Source: Leptospira sp. (GTDB lineage: Bacteria; Spirochaetota; Leptospiria; Leptospirales; Leptospiraceae). Taken from it: 56,033 nucleotides of DNA. The notes below the pieces were generated by a model. It was not told the origin of the DNA and ran no database searches. It saw nothing but the letters and a program-made list of their open reading frames with translations. Where the stretch lies: contig JAWXAQ010000028.1 of the NCBI GenBank assembly GCA_034439575.1, positions 1 to 56,033 on the forward strand, given 5' to 3'. Both the position numbers and the translations under genes were made by a program. Of the stretch, positions 29,225 to 39,735 are shown piece after piece; the stretch's first letter is position 1; every line of letters starts with the position of its first letter.

Positions 29225-31222
29225 TTACTTATTTTCAATGGTTTCAGGTCCAATGCTTAACATTTTATCACGAAACATGGCGGCTTTTTCAAAATCCAAA
29301 TTACTAGCGAAACGCAACATTTCTTTTTTCAAAGCTTCCCTTAACTTATCTTTGGTTTTATATTTTTTTAAGGTGAATTCTTTTTCTAATTGGTGTAATG
29401 CTTCTTCTTGTTCAGTTTCCTCAGCCATTTCGCGAGGCAGCATATCATGAATATCTTTTAATATCGTTTGCGGGGTAATGCCAAATTTTAAATTATGTTC
29501 GTGTTGGATTTGTCGTCTCCGGTCTGTTTCACTGATAGCCTTTTTCATGGAATCAGTCATACGATCTGCATAAAGAATCGCCTTCCCGTTCACATTCCTT
29601 GCTGCACGGCCAATGGTTTGGATGAGGGATTTAAAATTTCTTAGAAACCCTTCTTTATCTGCATCTAAAATAGCAACAAGAGAAACTTCAGGTATATCAA
29701 GTCCTTCTCTCAAAAGATTAATTCCCACCAAACAGTCGTATATCCCTTTTCTCAAATCTCGAATGATCTCAACTCTTTCGATCGTATCTATTTCTGAATG
29801 TAAGTAAGCGATTTTTAAACCCACTTCTTTGTAATAATCAGTCAGATCTTCTGACATTTTTTTTGTAAGCGTTGTAATGAGTACACGTTCCTTGTTTGCA
29901 AAACGTAAATTCATTTCTTGCAATAGATCTTCGATTTGATTTTCCGTCGGACGAACTTCGACAACAGGATCCAAAAGTCCAGTAGGACGAATGATTTGTT
30001 CAACTATCAATTCACTTTTATCCAATTCCTTTTGGTCTGGTGTCGCAGATACATAAAGGGTTCTTGGAGTGAGCATTTCAAATTCTTCAAAATTTAGTGG
30101 TCTGTTATCTAAAGCACTTGGTAGTCGGAATCCAAAATCAACCAGAGTTGTTTTGCGTGATCTATCGCCTGCATACATTCCACCTACTTGTGGTAAGGTG
30201 ACATGGGATTCATCTACGATTAACAAAAAATCCAAATTGGGAAAATAATCAATGAGACAAGCTGGTCTATCCCCTTCGTTTCTTCCCGTTAAATGACGCG
30301 AATAATTTTCTATTCCCGAACAATATCCGAGCTCAGTTAACATTTCCATATCGTAATTTGTTCGAGACTCGATCCGTTCTGCTTCTAAGTGTTTTCCCAT
30401 TGAAAGAAACTTTGCTTTTTGAAGCTCCATTTCTTCTTTGATTTTGACGATCGCATCTTTTACCTTTGGGCCAGAAGTGATGAAATGTTTGGCGGGATAA
30501 ATGACGACTCTATCTAGTTTCAATTTCGTTTTGCCAGTGACAGGTTCAAATCTAGAGATTGCTTCGATTTCATCGCCAAAAAGTTCGATGCGAATGCCTT
30601 CCTCTTGGTATGAAGGCATAATTTCAATAGAATCCCCACGGACTCTGAAATTTCCCCGACTAAAATCGATATCATTGCGATTGTATTGGATTTGGAGAAA
30701 TTTCCGTATGATCTGATCCCGATCTATTTTATCCCCAACTCTTAACATCACAACAGAGTTTACATAATCTTCTGGCGAACCTAAACCATATATGCAAGAA
30801 ACAGAACTAACAATAATTACATCATCTCTTTCTAATAAACTAGAAGTGGCACGAAGCCGAAGTTTATCAATTTCTTCGTTCATGGCCATATCCTTTTCTA
30901 TAAAGGTATCCGAAGAAGGAACATAAGCTTCTGGTTGGTAATAATCGTAATAGGAAACAAAATATTCGACGGCATTCTCAGGAAAAAATTCTTTAAATTC
31001 TCGAAATAATTGTGCCGCCAAAGTTTTATTATGTGAAAGTATTAGAGTGGGTTTTCCGATTCGGGCAATGACCTCACCCATTGTAAATGTTTTGCCTGAA
31101 CCTGTGACACCTACGAGAGTGACTTTATTTTTGCCTTCTTCATATGCATTCGCAATTTTTTCGATAGCTTGGACTTGGTCTCCTGCAGCAGAATAAGGAG
31201 ACACCATTTTGAATTTTGCCAT
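29225..31222 (-). CDS. uvrB: Excinuclease ABC subunit B
   Basis: [37 protein letters not shown]-terminal UVR domain. Confidence 0.98.
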   Translation of the reverse strand: MAKFKMVSPYSAAGDQVQAIEKIANAYEEGKNKVTLVGVTGSGKTFTMGEVIARIGKPTLILSHNKTLAAQLFREFKEFFPENAVEYFVSYYDYYQPEAYVPSSDTFIEKDMAMNEEIDKLRLRATSSLLERDDVIIVSSVSCIYGLGSPEDYVNSVVMLRVGDKIDRDQIIRKFLQIQYNRNDIDFSRGNFRVRGDSIEIMPSYQEEGIRIELFGDEIEAISRFEPVTGKTKLKLDRVVIYPAKHFITSGPKVKDAIVKIKEEMELQKAKFLSMGKHLEAERIESRTNYDMEMLTELGYCSGIENYSRHLTGRNEGDRPACLIDYFPNLDFLLIVDESHVTLPQVGGMYAGDRSRKTTLVDFGFRLPSALDNRPLNFEEFEMLTPRTLYVSATPDQKELDKSELIVEQIIRPTGLLDPVVEVRPTENQIEDLLQEMNLRFANKERVLITTLTKKMSEDLTDYYKEVGLKIAYLHSEIDTIERVEIIRDLRKGIYDCLVGINLLREGLDIPEVSLVAILDADKEGFLRNFKSLIQTIGRAARNVNGKAILYADRMTDSMKKAISETDRRRQIQHEHNLKFGITPQTILKDIHDMLPREMAEETEQEEALHQLEKEFTLKKYKTKDKLREALKKEMLRFASNLDFEKAAMFRDKMLSIGPETIENK

Positions 31223-31227
31223 ATAAC

Positions 31228-31893
31228 TTAGAGTTTACGAGAGGCTTTTAAATGTGCCTGTTTTCTATTGTCAATGATATCAAGATCAACCGAATCAAAT
31301 AACTTTTGCATGACCATCATACCACGCATGAGAGTGGCAGTGGAAGAAAACTTCCCACGTTGGATATCATCTTCCAAATCAAAATCTTTTACAGTGTTTA
31401 TCATCTCGATCGTAAACACTTTTGATTTATCAATTTGAAAATAAACTTCTACGTTTAAACCATCCCCATACTTCGCTGCGTTTTCGACGGCTTCCACAGT
31501 GGCGATGCAGAGATCCATACGAAGGTCTTCTTCGACTCCGTTTAATTTTAAAAAATAATCCAATCGTGCGCGGACGTATTGCATGGGATTGTAATGTAAG
31601 GCACCGAGTATCACGAATTTTTCAGAACTGCCTACTTTACGGAGGAGGCTTGATTTTTCACCCAGTAAGTATTCACGAGGGTCGAGAGGATTTGTGCTGA
31701 TATCACCCGAAGAAACAAGATGATCCAAATAAGCTTGCACCATTTCAGGCGTGGTGTTTGGGAGATCTTTAAACTTCCGAAAGACCTCCATCTGAACCCA
31801 GGAAAAAAAATCCCTAGCATTTCCCGAAAGACCGACAGAAAAAAGGGATTTAATTTCCTTCTCTAACTCGGTTTGTGAAAGCGGGAACGCCAT
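31228..31893 (-). CDS. ATP-binding protein with anti-sigma-factor-kinase-like (HATPase_c_2) C-terminus
   Basis: [15 protein letters not shown]-box and [13 protein letters not shown] terminal motif, as in RsbW/SpoIIAB-type domains. Confidence 0.7.
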   Translation of the reverse strand: MAFPLSQTELEKEIKSLFSVGLSGNARDFFSWVQMEVFRKFKDLPNTTPEMVQAYLDHLVSSGDISTNPLDPREYLLGEKSSLLRKVGSSEKFVILGALHYNPMQYVRARLDYFLKLNGVEEDLRMDLCIATVEAVENAAKYGDGLNVEVYFQIDKSKVFTIEMINTVKDFDLEDDIQRGKFSSTATLMRGMMVMQKLFDSVDLDIIDNRKQAHLKASRKL

Positions 31894-31935
31894 ATTATTC
31901 CCATTTCAATGAGAATGAAAGTGTTGTAAATTGTT

Positions 31936-32409
31936 TTATCTTTCTTGGCTTGTAGCGAACTTTCTTTGACGCAGCGCTTCATAAAGTACAATGGCGACAG
32001 CATTAGACAAATTGATAGAACGAGATTTTTCGCCCATGGGTATGGAGATGATTTGGTTAACTGGGAATATATCCTTTATGGAAGCGGGAAGACCGCTTGT
32101 TTCTTTACCAAAGACAAAGATATCATCAGATTTAAACTGAACATCCCAATATACTGTCTGCCCAAATTTTGAAACGAGAAGTATGCGTTGCCCTTTTTGA
32201 ATTTTTTCGTCGTGAAATTCTGCGAAGGAAGTAAATTGCCTAAGCTCTAAATCATCCCAATAATCTAAACCTGCTCTTCTGACTGCTTTTTCAGAAAGAT
32301 CAAAAGCAGGTTTACCAATGATAGACAAGGGCACATTGGCATTGACGCAAAGTCGTGCAATATTGCCCGTGTTTGGCGGAATCTCAGGCTCAAATAAGGC
32401 AACCTCCAA
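31936..32409 (-). CDS. trmL: tRNA (cytidine/uridine-34 2'-O)-methyltransferase
   Basis: PEIPPNTGNIARLC, RRAGLDYW, FGKETSGLP, RSINLSN. Confidence 0.95.
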   Translation of the reverse strand: MEVALFEPEIPPNTGNIARLCVNANVPLSIIGKPAFDLSEKAVRRAGLDYWDDLELRQFTSFAEFHDEKIQKGQRILLVSKFGQTVYWDVQFKSDDIFVFGKETSGLPASIKDIFPVNQIISIPMGEKSRSINLSNAVAIVLYEALRQRKFATSQER

Positions 32410-32417
32410 AATGGAAC

Positions 32418-33581
32418 CTACTTCTTGTTTTTCTTTTCTAACGATTGTTTGAGTAAAAGCCCAAAACTAGAGACGGCTTTCGGGTCCTCATCTACTTTTA
32501 AATATTCTTGGTATTCGAGTCTATCTTTTGCTTCCAAAGCTTTAGAAATCGAAAGTGCAATTTGTTTTTTCTCAGGGTTTACTTCCAAAACAAAAACTTC
32601 CACTTTTTGACCTGGGGAATAAACCGTATTAACAGGCGTTCTCTGGAGAATTCCTGTTTCTTTGTTTGGAATGAGGCCACCAAAGGAATCATTTAACTTA
32701 ACAAAGATGCCAAATGGTTTTATCGATTCGATTTCAGCAGTTATGATGTCTGATTCTTTAAAAGGAACTTTCATAGCCCAAGGATCTTGTAAAAAATCTT
32801 TGACGCTCAATGAGAATTTGCCCTCTTCCCAATTGAGAGTTAAAATTTTTGCACGAAGAGATTCACCTACTTGGAATTCTTTTTCTAAATCAGAATTTTT
32901 TCTATAAGTAGCTTCACTCGCAGGAACAAGAGCATCAAAGCCTTCCATATCAACAATCAATCCAAATTTATGAATGGATTTAATACGACATGTTACAAAC
33001 ATTCCTTCTTTTAACTCACCAACTAATATCCGTTTTTTGGCTTCCTTTTCGCGATCACTGATTTTTTTCTGAGACAGAATCACTTTTGAGGTTTTAACAT
33101 TGATTTCACTTACGATAAATTTAAACTTTTTACCATATATATCTTTTCCTTTATGTTCTGCATCCAATTGTGAATAAGGAACGAATCCGTGTAATGATCC
33201 AAGTTTCACTTCATAACCACCGTTTGTTTCTGTGGCAATTTGTCCCCAAACAGGAATCTCAGAAGACATAGCAATCCTCAAATTATCTTCGTGAATGGAT
33301 TCGCCAGATAAGCAAGAAGTGAAATAATAATCACCGGATTCTTCTTTTAGAAAATAAACGGTTAAAAGATCGGAAGGCTTTGGTGGGGTTTCATCTATCC
33401 ATTCTTCTGAGCTAATGTTTCCGACGATATTACTTGCGTTAGTTCTTATAAATACATAATCACTTTTTACTGAGACAACTTTTGCCTCGTGACGGGAACC
33501 AGGTTCGATAGACTTTCTTTTTTTAAAACTTTCTTCGAGAAGACGATCAAATTCATTTGCTGGCTGTGAATTCCCTTTCAT
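32418..33581 (-). CDS. Four-S1-domain RNA-binding protein (ribosomal protein S1 homologue)
   Basis: Repeated S1 motifs (GFVPYSQL, KFGLIV..ALVP, PFGIFV..GLIP), LSVK....DPW, C-terminal SFG.LL. Confidence 0.85.
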   Translation of the reverse strand: MKGNSQPANEFDRLLEESFKKRKSIEPGSRHEAKVVSVKSDYVFIRTNASNIVGNISSEEWIDETPPKPSDLLTVYFLKEESGDYYFTSCLSGESIHEDNLRIAMSSEIPVWGQIATETNGGYEVKLGSLHGFVPYSQLDAEHKGKDIYGKKFKFIVSEINVKTSKVILSQKKISDREKEAKKRILVGELKEGMFVTCRIKSIHKFGLIVDMEGFDALVPASEATYRKNSDLEKEFQVGESLRAKILTLNWEEGKFSLSVKDFLQDPWAMKVPFKESDIITAEIESIKPFGIFVKLNDSFGGLIPNKETGILQRTPVNTVYSPGQKVEVFVLEVNPEKKQIALSISKALEAKDRLEYQEYLKVDEDPKAVSSFGLLLKQSLEKKNKK

Positions 33582-35011
33582 GGTTTCTTTCCTACTTTTT
33601 CTGGTTTTGGGGTATAAACCAATTTTCCACCCAATACCATGGATTCAATTGCAAATATTCCTAAATATGAGTTCAATGGATTGCCCTTATGGACCGAAAA
33701 ATGAGCCGGTCCACCCACTTTGATTAGACCCCCATGATCCGCTTTGATAAACGAACATGTCGTTTTGGTCAGAATTTCTACGAGTTGGATTTGGTCTTTG
33801 GGAAGGGAAGTAGGATCTGTTTTCGGAATTTGTAGAAATTTTTCTCCACGAAACCACAAATTCCATCTTTCAAAAAAACTTGGCTCTTCTACGTTCTTCG
33901 CTTCGTCCTTCATTGCCATTTTTTGTTTCCAAAGATTGAGCCAAATGTCAGCTTCCACCACAGCACCTATCCCTGGAAAAATTCCGTAATGCCCTGTCCC
34001 ACTTGCAAAAACTAATCGTTCTCTCGGAAATTCTTTGAAGTTTTCTGAAAATGATTCATATGTAATTTTTGCTTTTTTTGCCTTCGTTTGGTCTTCACCT
34101 TCGCCAAGACCAATAGTAAAACTTTCTAAAAATTTCTCTTTAAACACAGGATTGAATTTAGAATATGTTGTGATTTTTTCTTTCAATATAACGGGCGTTT
34201 CACGAAGTGATTGGAAATAGGAAAGTGCAAGCATAGGTGCAAAGCGGTAATTACGTTTTTGCACTTCTTCTAAATTTGCTCCGCTCGGAAGTGCGTGAAA
34301 GAGAACTTGGTAACCTGCATCCAAGGCATCTTCCCAAGATTGCGGATCTGCAAATGTATAAATGATAGGTTCATATCCATTTTTCAAAGCATCGATCTTG
34401 ATTTGGTAAAGCTCTGATTGCGAAAAGGCTTCTTCGCGAGTCCGTTTTAAAAAAATCGGAAGAATTTTGGAACGTCCTTCTGCCATTGCCAAGGGTAAAA
34501 AATGAGTCTCACCATCATTTGCCATTTGGTACTGTTTTGTAGGTTTCGATTCATTAGAAAAGTGAGAGGTAAGGACGATTGGTTTTTGTGCAGGCAAAAG
34601 GTTCGGTCCAAAGAGGCGACCTTTATGGATTTCTTCTTTGACCTTTTGCAAATCAGGATCAGATACACTCACCACATGGCTAAACCCTGAGGCTAAAAAA
34701 CTTTGTAGTAAATACGGCAGAGATTCTTTAGCACTTTCGCCACCCATTGCATTGGCACTTAAGGTTACACTTGCATCACAAAAACCAGGTAAAAGGTAAC
34801 GAGTCTCTTCTTTAGGTTTAATTATACTCGGACGTATGGTTTTGATTTGGCCATTTAAAATTTCTATGTCGCTTATCTCCCCAAAAGATTTTTTTTCTCC
34901 CTCCCATATGCGAACGGACATCATTTTCAAGTTTTGGGACAGAAGAATGGTGGGGGTAAAAACCGATAAATAAAAGAGAAATGAAAGGCAACATTGTGTC
35001 TTGTTTTTCAT
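33578..35011 (-). CDS. Exported amidohydrolase-fold protein with degenerate metal ligands
   Basis: Signal peptide, DIEILNGQIKTI, LLPGFCDASVT, GLIKVGGPAHF..GNPL and C-terminal GGK.V framework. Confidence 0.65.
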   Translation of the reverse strand: MKNKTQCCLSFLFYLSVFTPTILLSQNLKMMSVRIWEGEKKSFGEISDIEILNGQIKTIRPSIIKPKEETRYLLPGFCDASVTLSANAMGGESAKESLPYLLQSFLASGFSHVVSVSDPDLQKVKEEIHKGRLFGPNLLPAQKPIVLTSHFSNESKPTKQYQMANDGETHFLPLAMAEGRSKILPIFLKRTREEAFSQSELYQIKIDALKNGYEPIIYTFADPQSWEDALDAGYQVLFHALPSGANLEEVQKRNYRFAPMLALSYFQSLRETPVILKEKITTYSKFNPVFKEKFLESFTIGLGEGEDQTKAKKAKITYESFSENFKEFPRERLVFASGTGHYGIFPGIGAVVEADIWLNLWKQKMAMKDEAKNVEEPSFFERWNLWFRGEKFLQIPKTDPTSLPKDQIQLVEILTKTTCSFIKADHGGLIKVGGPAHFSVHKGNPLNSYLGIFAIESMVLGGKLVYTPKPEKVGKKP

Positions 35012-35029
35012 AATTGATGTCTTAGTATC

Positions 35030-35035
35030 TTGACA
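35030..35035 (+). promoter_or_regulatory. Consensus -35 hexamer TTGACA
   Basis: Lies in the short divergent gap, 35 nt before ATG 35065; no clean -10. Confidence 0.4.
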
Positions 35036-35064
35036 ATGGGGCTATAAATTAAATGATTTCGGGT

Positions 35065-35748
35065 ATGGGAAAGGAAACAAGCGAGATTTCTGACCACATA
35101 AAGTTACATGTGGAAAATGGGAAAATTCTCTCATTAAAAACCCATCGTATCTCAAAATCTGTTGAGGATCACATCAAAAAAGCTGTGGAGTTGATCCTTG
35201 ATCGGCTCACTCATACGACTCTCATCCCTACTCTTTATACAATTATCAAAGAACTTGCCATCAATGCATGTAAGGCCAATCAAAAACGAGTTTTTTTTGA
35301 AGAACGAGGGTATTCTTTTTCCAATCCCACCGAATACGCGCAAGGTGTCAAAGAGTATAGAGAAATTTTTTCCGAAGAAATGTCCAATGAGTTTGGTGCC
35401 AAGGCCAAAAAAAAAGGATACTATTGCCTGATTAACTTTAGTTTTGACGATCATGGCATGACTATAGAAGTCATAAACAATACTCCCATCGCCAAACAAG
35501 AAGAGAAGGCCATTCGTGAACGATTAGAAAAAGGTATGGCTTATGATGACATTGCCCAATTCTATATGGACAATGCAGACAATACCGAAGGGGCAGGTCT
35601 CGGTCTGGCTCTCATCTTAATCATGTTAAAGGGTGAAGGCATCGACCCAAATTATTTTCGTATCATCATCGGTGAAGAATCAACAACAGCCAGACTAGAA
35701 ATTCCTCTATCAAAAAGCTTTACATCCGTCAGAGAAAATAAAACTTAA
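35065..35748 (+). CDS. Histidine-kinase-like ATPase-fold protein without sensor or H-box
   Basis: IKELAINACKAN N-box and EGAGLGL G2-box. Start is 35053 or 35065. Confidence 0.7.
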   Translation: MGKETSEISDHIKLHVENGKILSLKTHRISKSVEDHIKKAVELILDRLTHTTLIPTLYTIIKELAINACKANQKRVFFEERGYSFSNPTEYAQGVKEYREIFSEEMSNEFGAKAKKKGYYCLINFSFDDHGMTIEVINNTPIAKQEEKAIRERLEKGMAYDDIAQFYMDNADNTEGAGLGLALILIMLKGEGIDPNYFRIIIGEESTTARLEIPLSKSFTSVRENKT

Positions 35749-35757
35749 ACTTTATTC

Positions 35758-36609
35758 ATGTCTCTGCCTCTTTCTGCGACCATTATAACTCTTAATGAAG
35801 AGGACAATTTAGAAAGGACATTGAACGCCCTCCATTTCATAGATGATATCATCATAGTAGATTCTGGCTCAAAAGATAAAACTCTTCAAATCGCAAAAAA
35901 ATTCAAAATAAAAGTTTATCATAGAGATTTTGATAACTATGCGAATCAAAAAAACTTCGCATTAACAAAAACCAAACATGATTGGGTATTGGCTCTGGAT
36001 GCAGACGAAGTCGTCTCATCAAAGTTAAAGGATGAGATCATACAACTATTTGGTCCCCTTGGAAATTTTCCCAAAGAAGATGGTTATCTAATTCCACGAC
36101 TGACCTGGTATTTAGGCAAGTGGATCAGATATGGTGGCTTCTATCCAAATTACCAAGTCAGACTCTTTAACAAAAACAAAGGTCAGTTTGGTGGTGGTAT
36201 TGTTCACGAAAAAGTTTATCTCACAAAACTTCCCAAAAAATTAAAACATCCCCTTTGTCATTTTTCGTATAAAAATATTTCCGATCATTTGAGTTTTATA
36301 GATAGGTATTCAAATTTATTTGCAGAAGAAGAATACCGGAAAGGTAGAAAAAGTTCTATATTTTGGGCTTTTGGAAAAGGTGCTTTTAAAGCTCTTTATA
36401 TGTATTTTATCAGACTAGGGATTTTGGATGGCAAACAAGGATTTGTATTGGCCGTGCTTGGTTTTTATTATAACTTTTTAAAATACTTAAAACTTCACGA
36501 AAAACAACAAAATCTATCAGTCTCGCCTTTCCTTGTTATGGTTGATTCGGTTCATGATATAAAGAGCGATAAAACCACCGAGAAAAATAGCAACAAGATT
36601 CACATTTGA
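35758..36609 (+). CDS. Glycosyltransferase family 2 (WaaE/KdtX-like)
   Basis: IITLNEE, VDSGSKD, QKNFAL, LDADE, YPNYQVRLF, VHE, LDGKQG. Confidence 0.9.
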   Translation: MSLPLSATIITLNEEDNLERTLNALHFIDDIIIVDSGSKDKTLQIAKKFKIKVYHRDFDNYANQKNFALTKTKHDWVLALDADEVVSSKLKDEIIQLFGPLGNFPKEDGYLIPRLTWYLGKWIRYGGFYPNYQVRLFNKNKGQFGGGIVHEKVYLTKLPKKLKHPLCHFSYKNISDHLSFIDRYSNLFAEEEYRKGRKSSIFWAFGKGAFKALYMYFIRLGILDGKQGFVLAVLGFYYNFLKYLKLHEKQQNLSVSPFLVMVDSVHDIKSDKTTEKNSNKIHI

Positions 36610-36861
36610 TAATTGTGTAGAACCGATCTTAGGACTCATAAGCCACATAATGATATCACGTATATAGGTCTGTAAGGTGGCAAAAACAATTAATGCTCCG
36701 ATACCCGCAACAAAAGTGGAACCCCAAAACTTTCCCAGAAGATCCTTCTTTTTATAATAATAAAAGTAATAGGCACATGCAGCTGAAGCTAGAAAAAAGA
36801 ATAAAATGTCAACAAGAATGGTCCAAGGCTCTGATGGAGCCGCTATCGGGTTAAGATACAT
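36517..36861 (-). CDS. Small three-TM membrane protein
   Basis: Three hydrophobic segments, basic C-terminus, AGGTG upstream. Confidence 0.7.
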   Translation of the reverse strand: MYLNPIAAPSEPWTILVDILFFFLASAACAYYFYYYKKKDLLGKFWGSTFVAGIGALIVFATLQTYIRDIIMWLMSPKIGSTQLSNVNLVAIFLGGFIALYIMNRINHNKERRD

Positions 36862-36947
36862 AAAACGTTCACCTGTCTATACTTAATTTTCGGTAGTATA
36901 GTCAGAAGTCCATAAGATAAAAAAACCAATGCCAAAAAGGATAAACA

Positions 36948-37835
36948 GTGTATACTAACAATACAAAGATTTTTGGAATTCTGGGGTTTCCTCTAGGCCA
37001 TACACTTTCGCCTTGGATCCACAATACCTTATTCGAACTTTCAAAATACAATGGAGTATATCTTGTATTCGAAAGATCAGATTGGCCAATCATCGGACTT
37101 GATTCTCTGAAAACAATAGGAGTCAAAGGTCTATCGGTTACGATCCCCTATAAAGAATTTGCCTTCCGCGTGGCAAACGAAGCCTGCCTAGCTTCCCAAA
37201 CTATGAAAGCCGCAAATACTCTATTAATTTCTGAAAACCATATCCAAGCAAAAAATACAGATGGGGAAGGTGCGCTCAGATCCATATTGGAAAAAGATAC
37301 CAAACTTTTATCTGCTAAAGATTCATCTTCTGTTCTAATTTTGGGAAGCGGAGGAAGTGCCAAAGGAATCGTATATGCATTAAATCAATATCTAGAATCT
37401 CAAAATACTAATAAAATAAATAAAAATATTAGAATATTTGCAAGAAACGAAAGTGCTGTTCAAGAAATTATTAATTCAGTTGGTGGGAATCATTTAGTCT
37501 CAAGTATTTCTAAAGAAGAGTTATATTCTATAAGAAAAAACTTTTCTTTGATTGTGCATACAAGTCCTCTCGGCATGAAAGGAATTGAAGGAGAACCTAT
37601 GCTATCTGGTGACTTCTTTAACAAACATCAATCTTTATTTGATATTGTATATAATCCCTTAGAAACCGAGCTTGTCAAACTTGCAAAAAAGAAAAAAACC
37701 CAGATCATCCCAGGTTATTCTATGTTACTTTACCAAGGTATAAGGCAATTCGAATATTTCACTGACATGGAAGTAAAACAAAAATGGATTTCAAAAATTG
37801 AAAAAATATTATACCAAAAATTAAAATCGAAATGA
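36948..37835 (+). CDS. aroE: Shikimate dehydrogenase
   Basis: HTLSP.IHN, SVTIPYKE, NTDG.G, GSGGSAK, DIVYNP, MLLYQG. Confidence 0.93.
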   Translation: MYTNNTKIFGILGFPLGHTLSPWIHNTLFELSKYNGVYLVFERSDWPIIGLDSLKTIGVKGLSVTIPYKEFAFRVANEACLASQTMKAANTLLISENHIQAKNTDGEGALRSILEKDTKLLSAKDSSSVLILGSGGSAKGIVYALNQYLESQNTNKINKNIRIFARNESAVQEIINSVGGNHLVSSISKEELYSIRKNFSLIVHTSPLGMKGIEGEPMLSGDFFNKHQSLFDIVYNPLETELVKLAKKKKTQIIPGYSMLLYQGIRQFEYFTDMEVKQKWISKIEKILYQKLKSK

Positions 37836-39034
37836 CAGGTTTTTTGCATTTACTTTCTGAACTTCAAAATCCCGAAAAAACAAGAAATTTCAATGTATTT
37901 AAAAACTATTCTTTAGATGATTTTGAAGAACAATTAACTTTCTTTGGATTAGACAAACCAAATGAAAAGGACTACTCACCTTATAGGATTTCTGTGGTCG
38001 GAACAAATGGCAAAGGTAGTACTTCTTACTATTTGGCAGAGCTATTAAGACTTAGTTACCCCGATGAAAATATCGGCCTTTATACGTCACCTCATCTCAT
38101 TAGTCCACTTGAACGTATAGTTGTAAATGGTAAATCTATAACACTTACAGATGCAGATTTGATCATTGAATCTTTGGCAATAAAAAATAAAACACGGTTA
38201 AAAACTCTTTCTTATTTTGAATTCTTAACTCTTGTTTGTTTGCAGTATTTTAAAAACAAAAAATGTAAGTTCGAAATTTGGGAAGCGGGGCTTGGCGGTA
38301 GACTTGATGCAACGAAACTTGTAAATTCTGATCAATTGGTCCTTACAAAAATTGGACTAGACCATCGTGAAATTTTGGGAAACACAAGAGAAGATATTGC
38401 CTTTGAAAAAATCAATATCGCTGGTAAAAATACTAAATCTATTTATAGTTTTCCGGAATCTGAACCATTCCGTTCCTACCTTACAAAATTGGCTGAGTCT
38501 AAAAATATAAAGATTCAATTTTTCAATTCACCACAATACGGCAGTTATTTAGAAAGTAATTTCCAATTTGCCAAATGGATTTTATTAGATATGGGAATCT
38601 TAAAAGAAAAGGATGCCCCTACTTTCCAGGAAATTCCGCCACCAAAAGGACGCCTTGAGATATTAAATCAATCCCCCCTTGTTCTTTTTGATCCAGCGCA
38701 TAACCCTGATGCGATATCACATACATTGCAAAGTTTGAGAATCAAAGCAGAATGGAAACACGCCGTTTTACTTCTTGGGTGTTTGCCTGATAAAGATGCT
38801 GCATCCATTTTGCAGGAAGTGAAAAGTTACTCTTGGGAAAGGATTCTTTTTTATGAAGAGCTCGGTTTTTACAAATGGCCTATGGAAAATAAGGAAACGA
38901 GTGATTTGACCATAGTCACAGAAACGGAGCTGGCTGATGTTTTTCGTACTTTGCGAACTCCCCTCATTGCCCTAGGAAGCTTCAGATTGTACCCATTTTT
39001 AACAACTTTGTTCCAGAAGAATGTCAATTTGTAA
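37832..39034 (+). CDS. folC: Folylpolyglutamate synthase / dihydrofolate synthase
   Basis: GTNGKGST, YTSPHL, EAGLGGRLDAT, GLDH..LG, DPAHNP. Confidence 0.92.
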   Translation: MTGFLHLLSELQNPEKTRNFNVFKNYSLDDFEEQLTFFGLDKPNEKDYSPYRISVVGTNGKGSTSYYLAELLRLSYPDENIGLYTSPHLISPLERIVVNGKSITLTDADLIIESLAIKNKTRLKTLSYFEFLTLVCLQYFKNKKCKFEIWEAGLGGRLDATKLVNSDQLVLTKIGLDHREILGNTREDIAFEKINIAGKNTKSIYSFPESEPFRSYLTKLAESKNIKIQFFNSPQYGSYLESNFQFAKWILLDMGILKEKDAPTFQEIPPPKGRLEILNQSPLVLFDPAHNPDAISHTLQSLRIKAEWKHAVLLLGCLPDKDAASILQEVKSYSWERILFYEELGFYKWPMENKETSDLTIVTETELADVFRTLRTPLIALGSFRLYPFLTTLFQKNVNL

Positions 39035-39050
39035 AATTAGCTTTACAAAT
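39027..39050. promoter_or_regulatory. Inverted repeat upstream of tetR, candidate operator
   Basis: ATTTGTAAA-ATTAGC-TTTACAAAT with 9-bp perfect arms, 45 nt before the TetR ATG. Confidence 0.45.
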
Positions 39051-39095
39051 GAGTCCAAGAGTTGAAATTTCTTTAAGGAAACGACGTTCAGGATC

Positions 39096-39716
39096 ATGCA
39101 GACCCCCAAAGAACATACGAGAAGAGAGATTTTAGTCGCGGCCCGTGATGAATTCATCCAAATGGGTTTCGAAAAAGCATCCATGCGCACCATTGCCAAG
39201 AAGGCAAATGTTTCAACAAGTAACATCTACAACTACTTCGAGAATAAAGAACATCTCTTGGTTGAAATCTTAAATCCCATACTTGCTGGTTTGGAAAAAG
39301 CCTTTGTATTTATCTCTCAACCAAATTATTTCGAAAAACGACTGAACGATTCTTATGAAACATGGAAAGAACGATTTAACATAGCTCTTGATTATGTGGA
39401 TAAAAACAGAGATGACTTCACCTTACTTTTGTTAAAATCCCAAGGGTCAACTTTAGAGGATTTTCCTGAAAAAATTTTAAATCGTCTGACAGCTTTAAAT
39501 TTTGAACAATACAAACAATTCAAACAAGGAAATCCAAATTATAAGGGCGAAGCTAGTGAATTTGTAGTGAGAAATATTCTATCTTTTTTCCTGAATATTT
39601 TTGTTCAGATGATCCGTCAAAATATTCCCAAGTCAGAAATGTTACTCTATGAAGACAGTATGTTAAAATTTATCCACTATGGATACAAAGGATCGATTGC
39701 ATCTGATCTGAATTAA
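39096..39716 (+). CDS. TetR/AcrR family regulator
   Basis: F...GFEKASMRTIAKKANVSTSNIYNYFENKE helix-turn-helix. Confidence 0.92.
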   Translation: MQTPKEHTRREILVAARDEFIQMGFEKASMRTIAKKANVSTSNIYNYFENKEHLLVEILNPILAGLEKAFVFISQPNYFEKRLNDSYETWKERFNIALDYVDKNRDDFTLLLLKSQGSTLEDFPEKILNRLTALNFEQYKQFKQGNPNYKGEASEFVVRNILSFFLNIFVQMIRQNIPKSEMLLYEDSMLKFIHYGYKGSIASDLN

Positions 39717-39735
39717 TACAAATTGGTTTTCGGAC

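Noticed and set aside
29154-29450. Plus-strand 98-aa ORF, and similar 60-146 aa ORFs antisense to lon, uvrB, PBP, MFS and bio genes
   Set aside because: They overlap well-supported genes on the other strand and carry no motifs.
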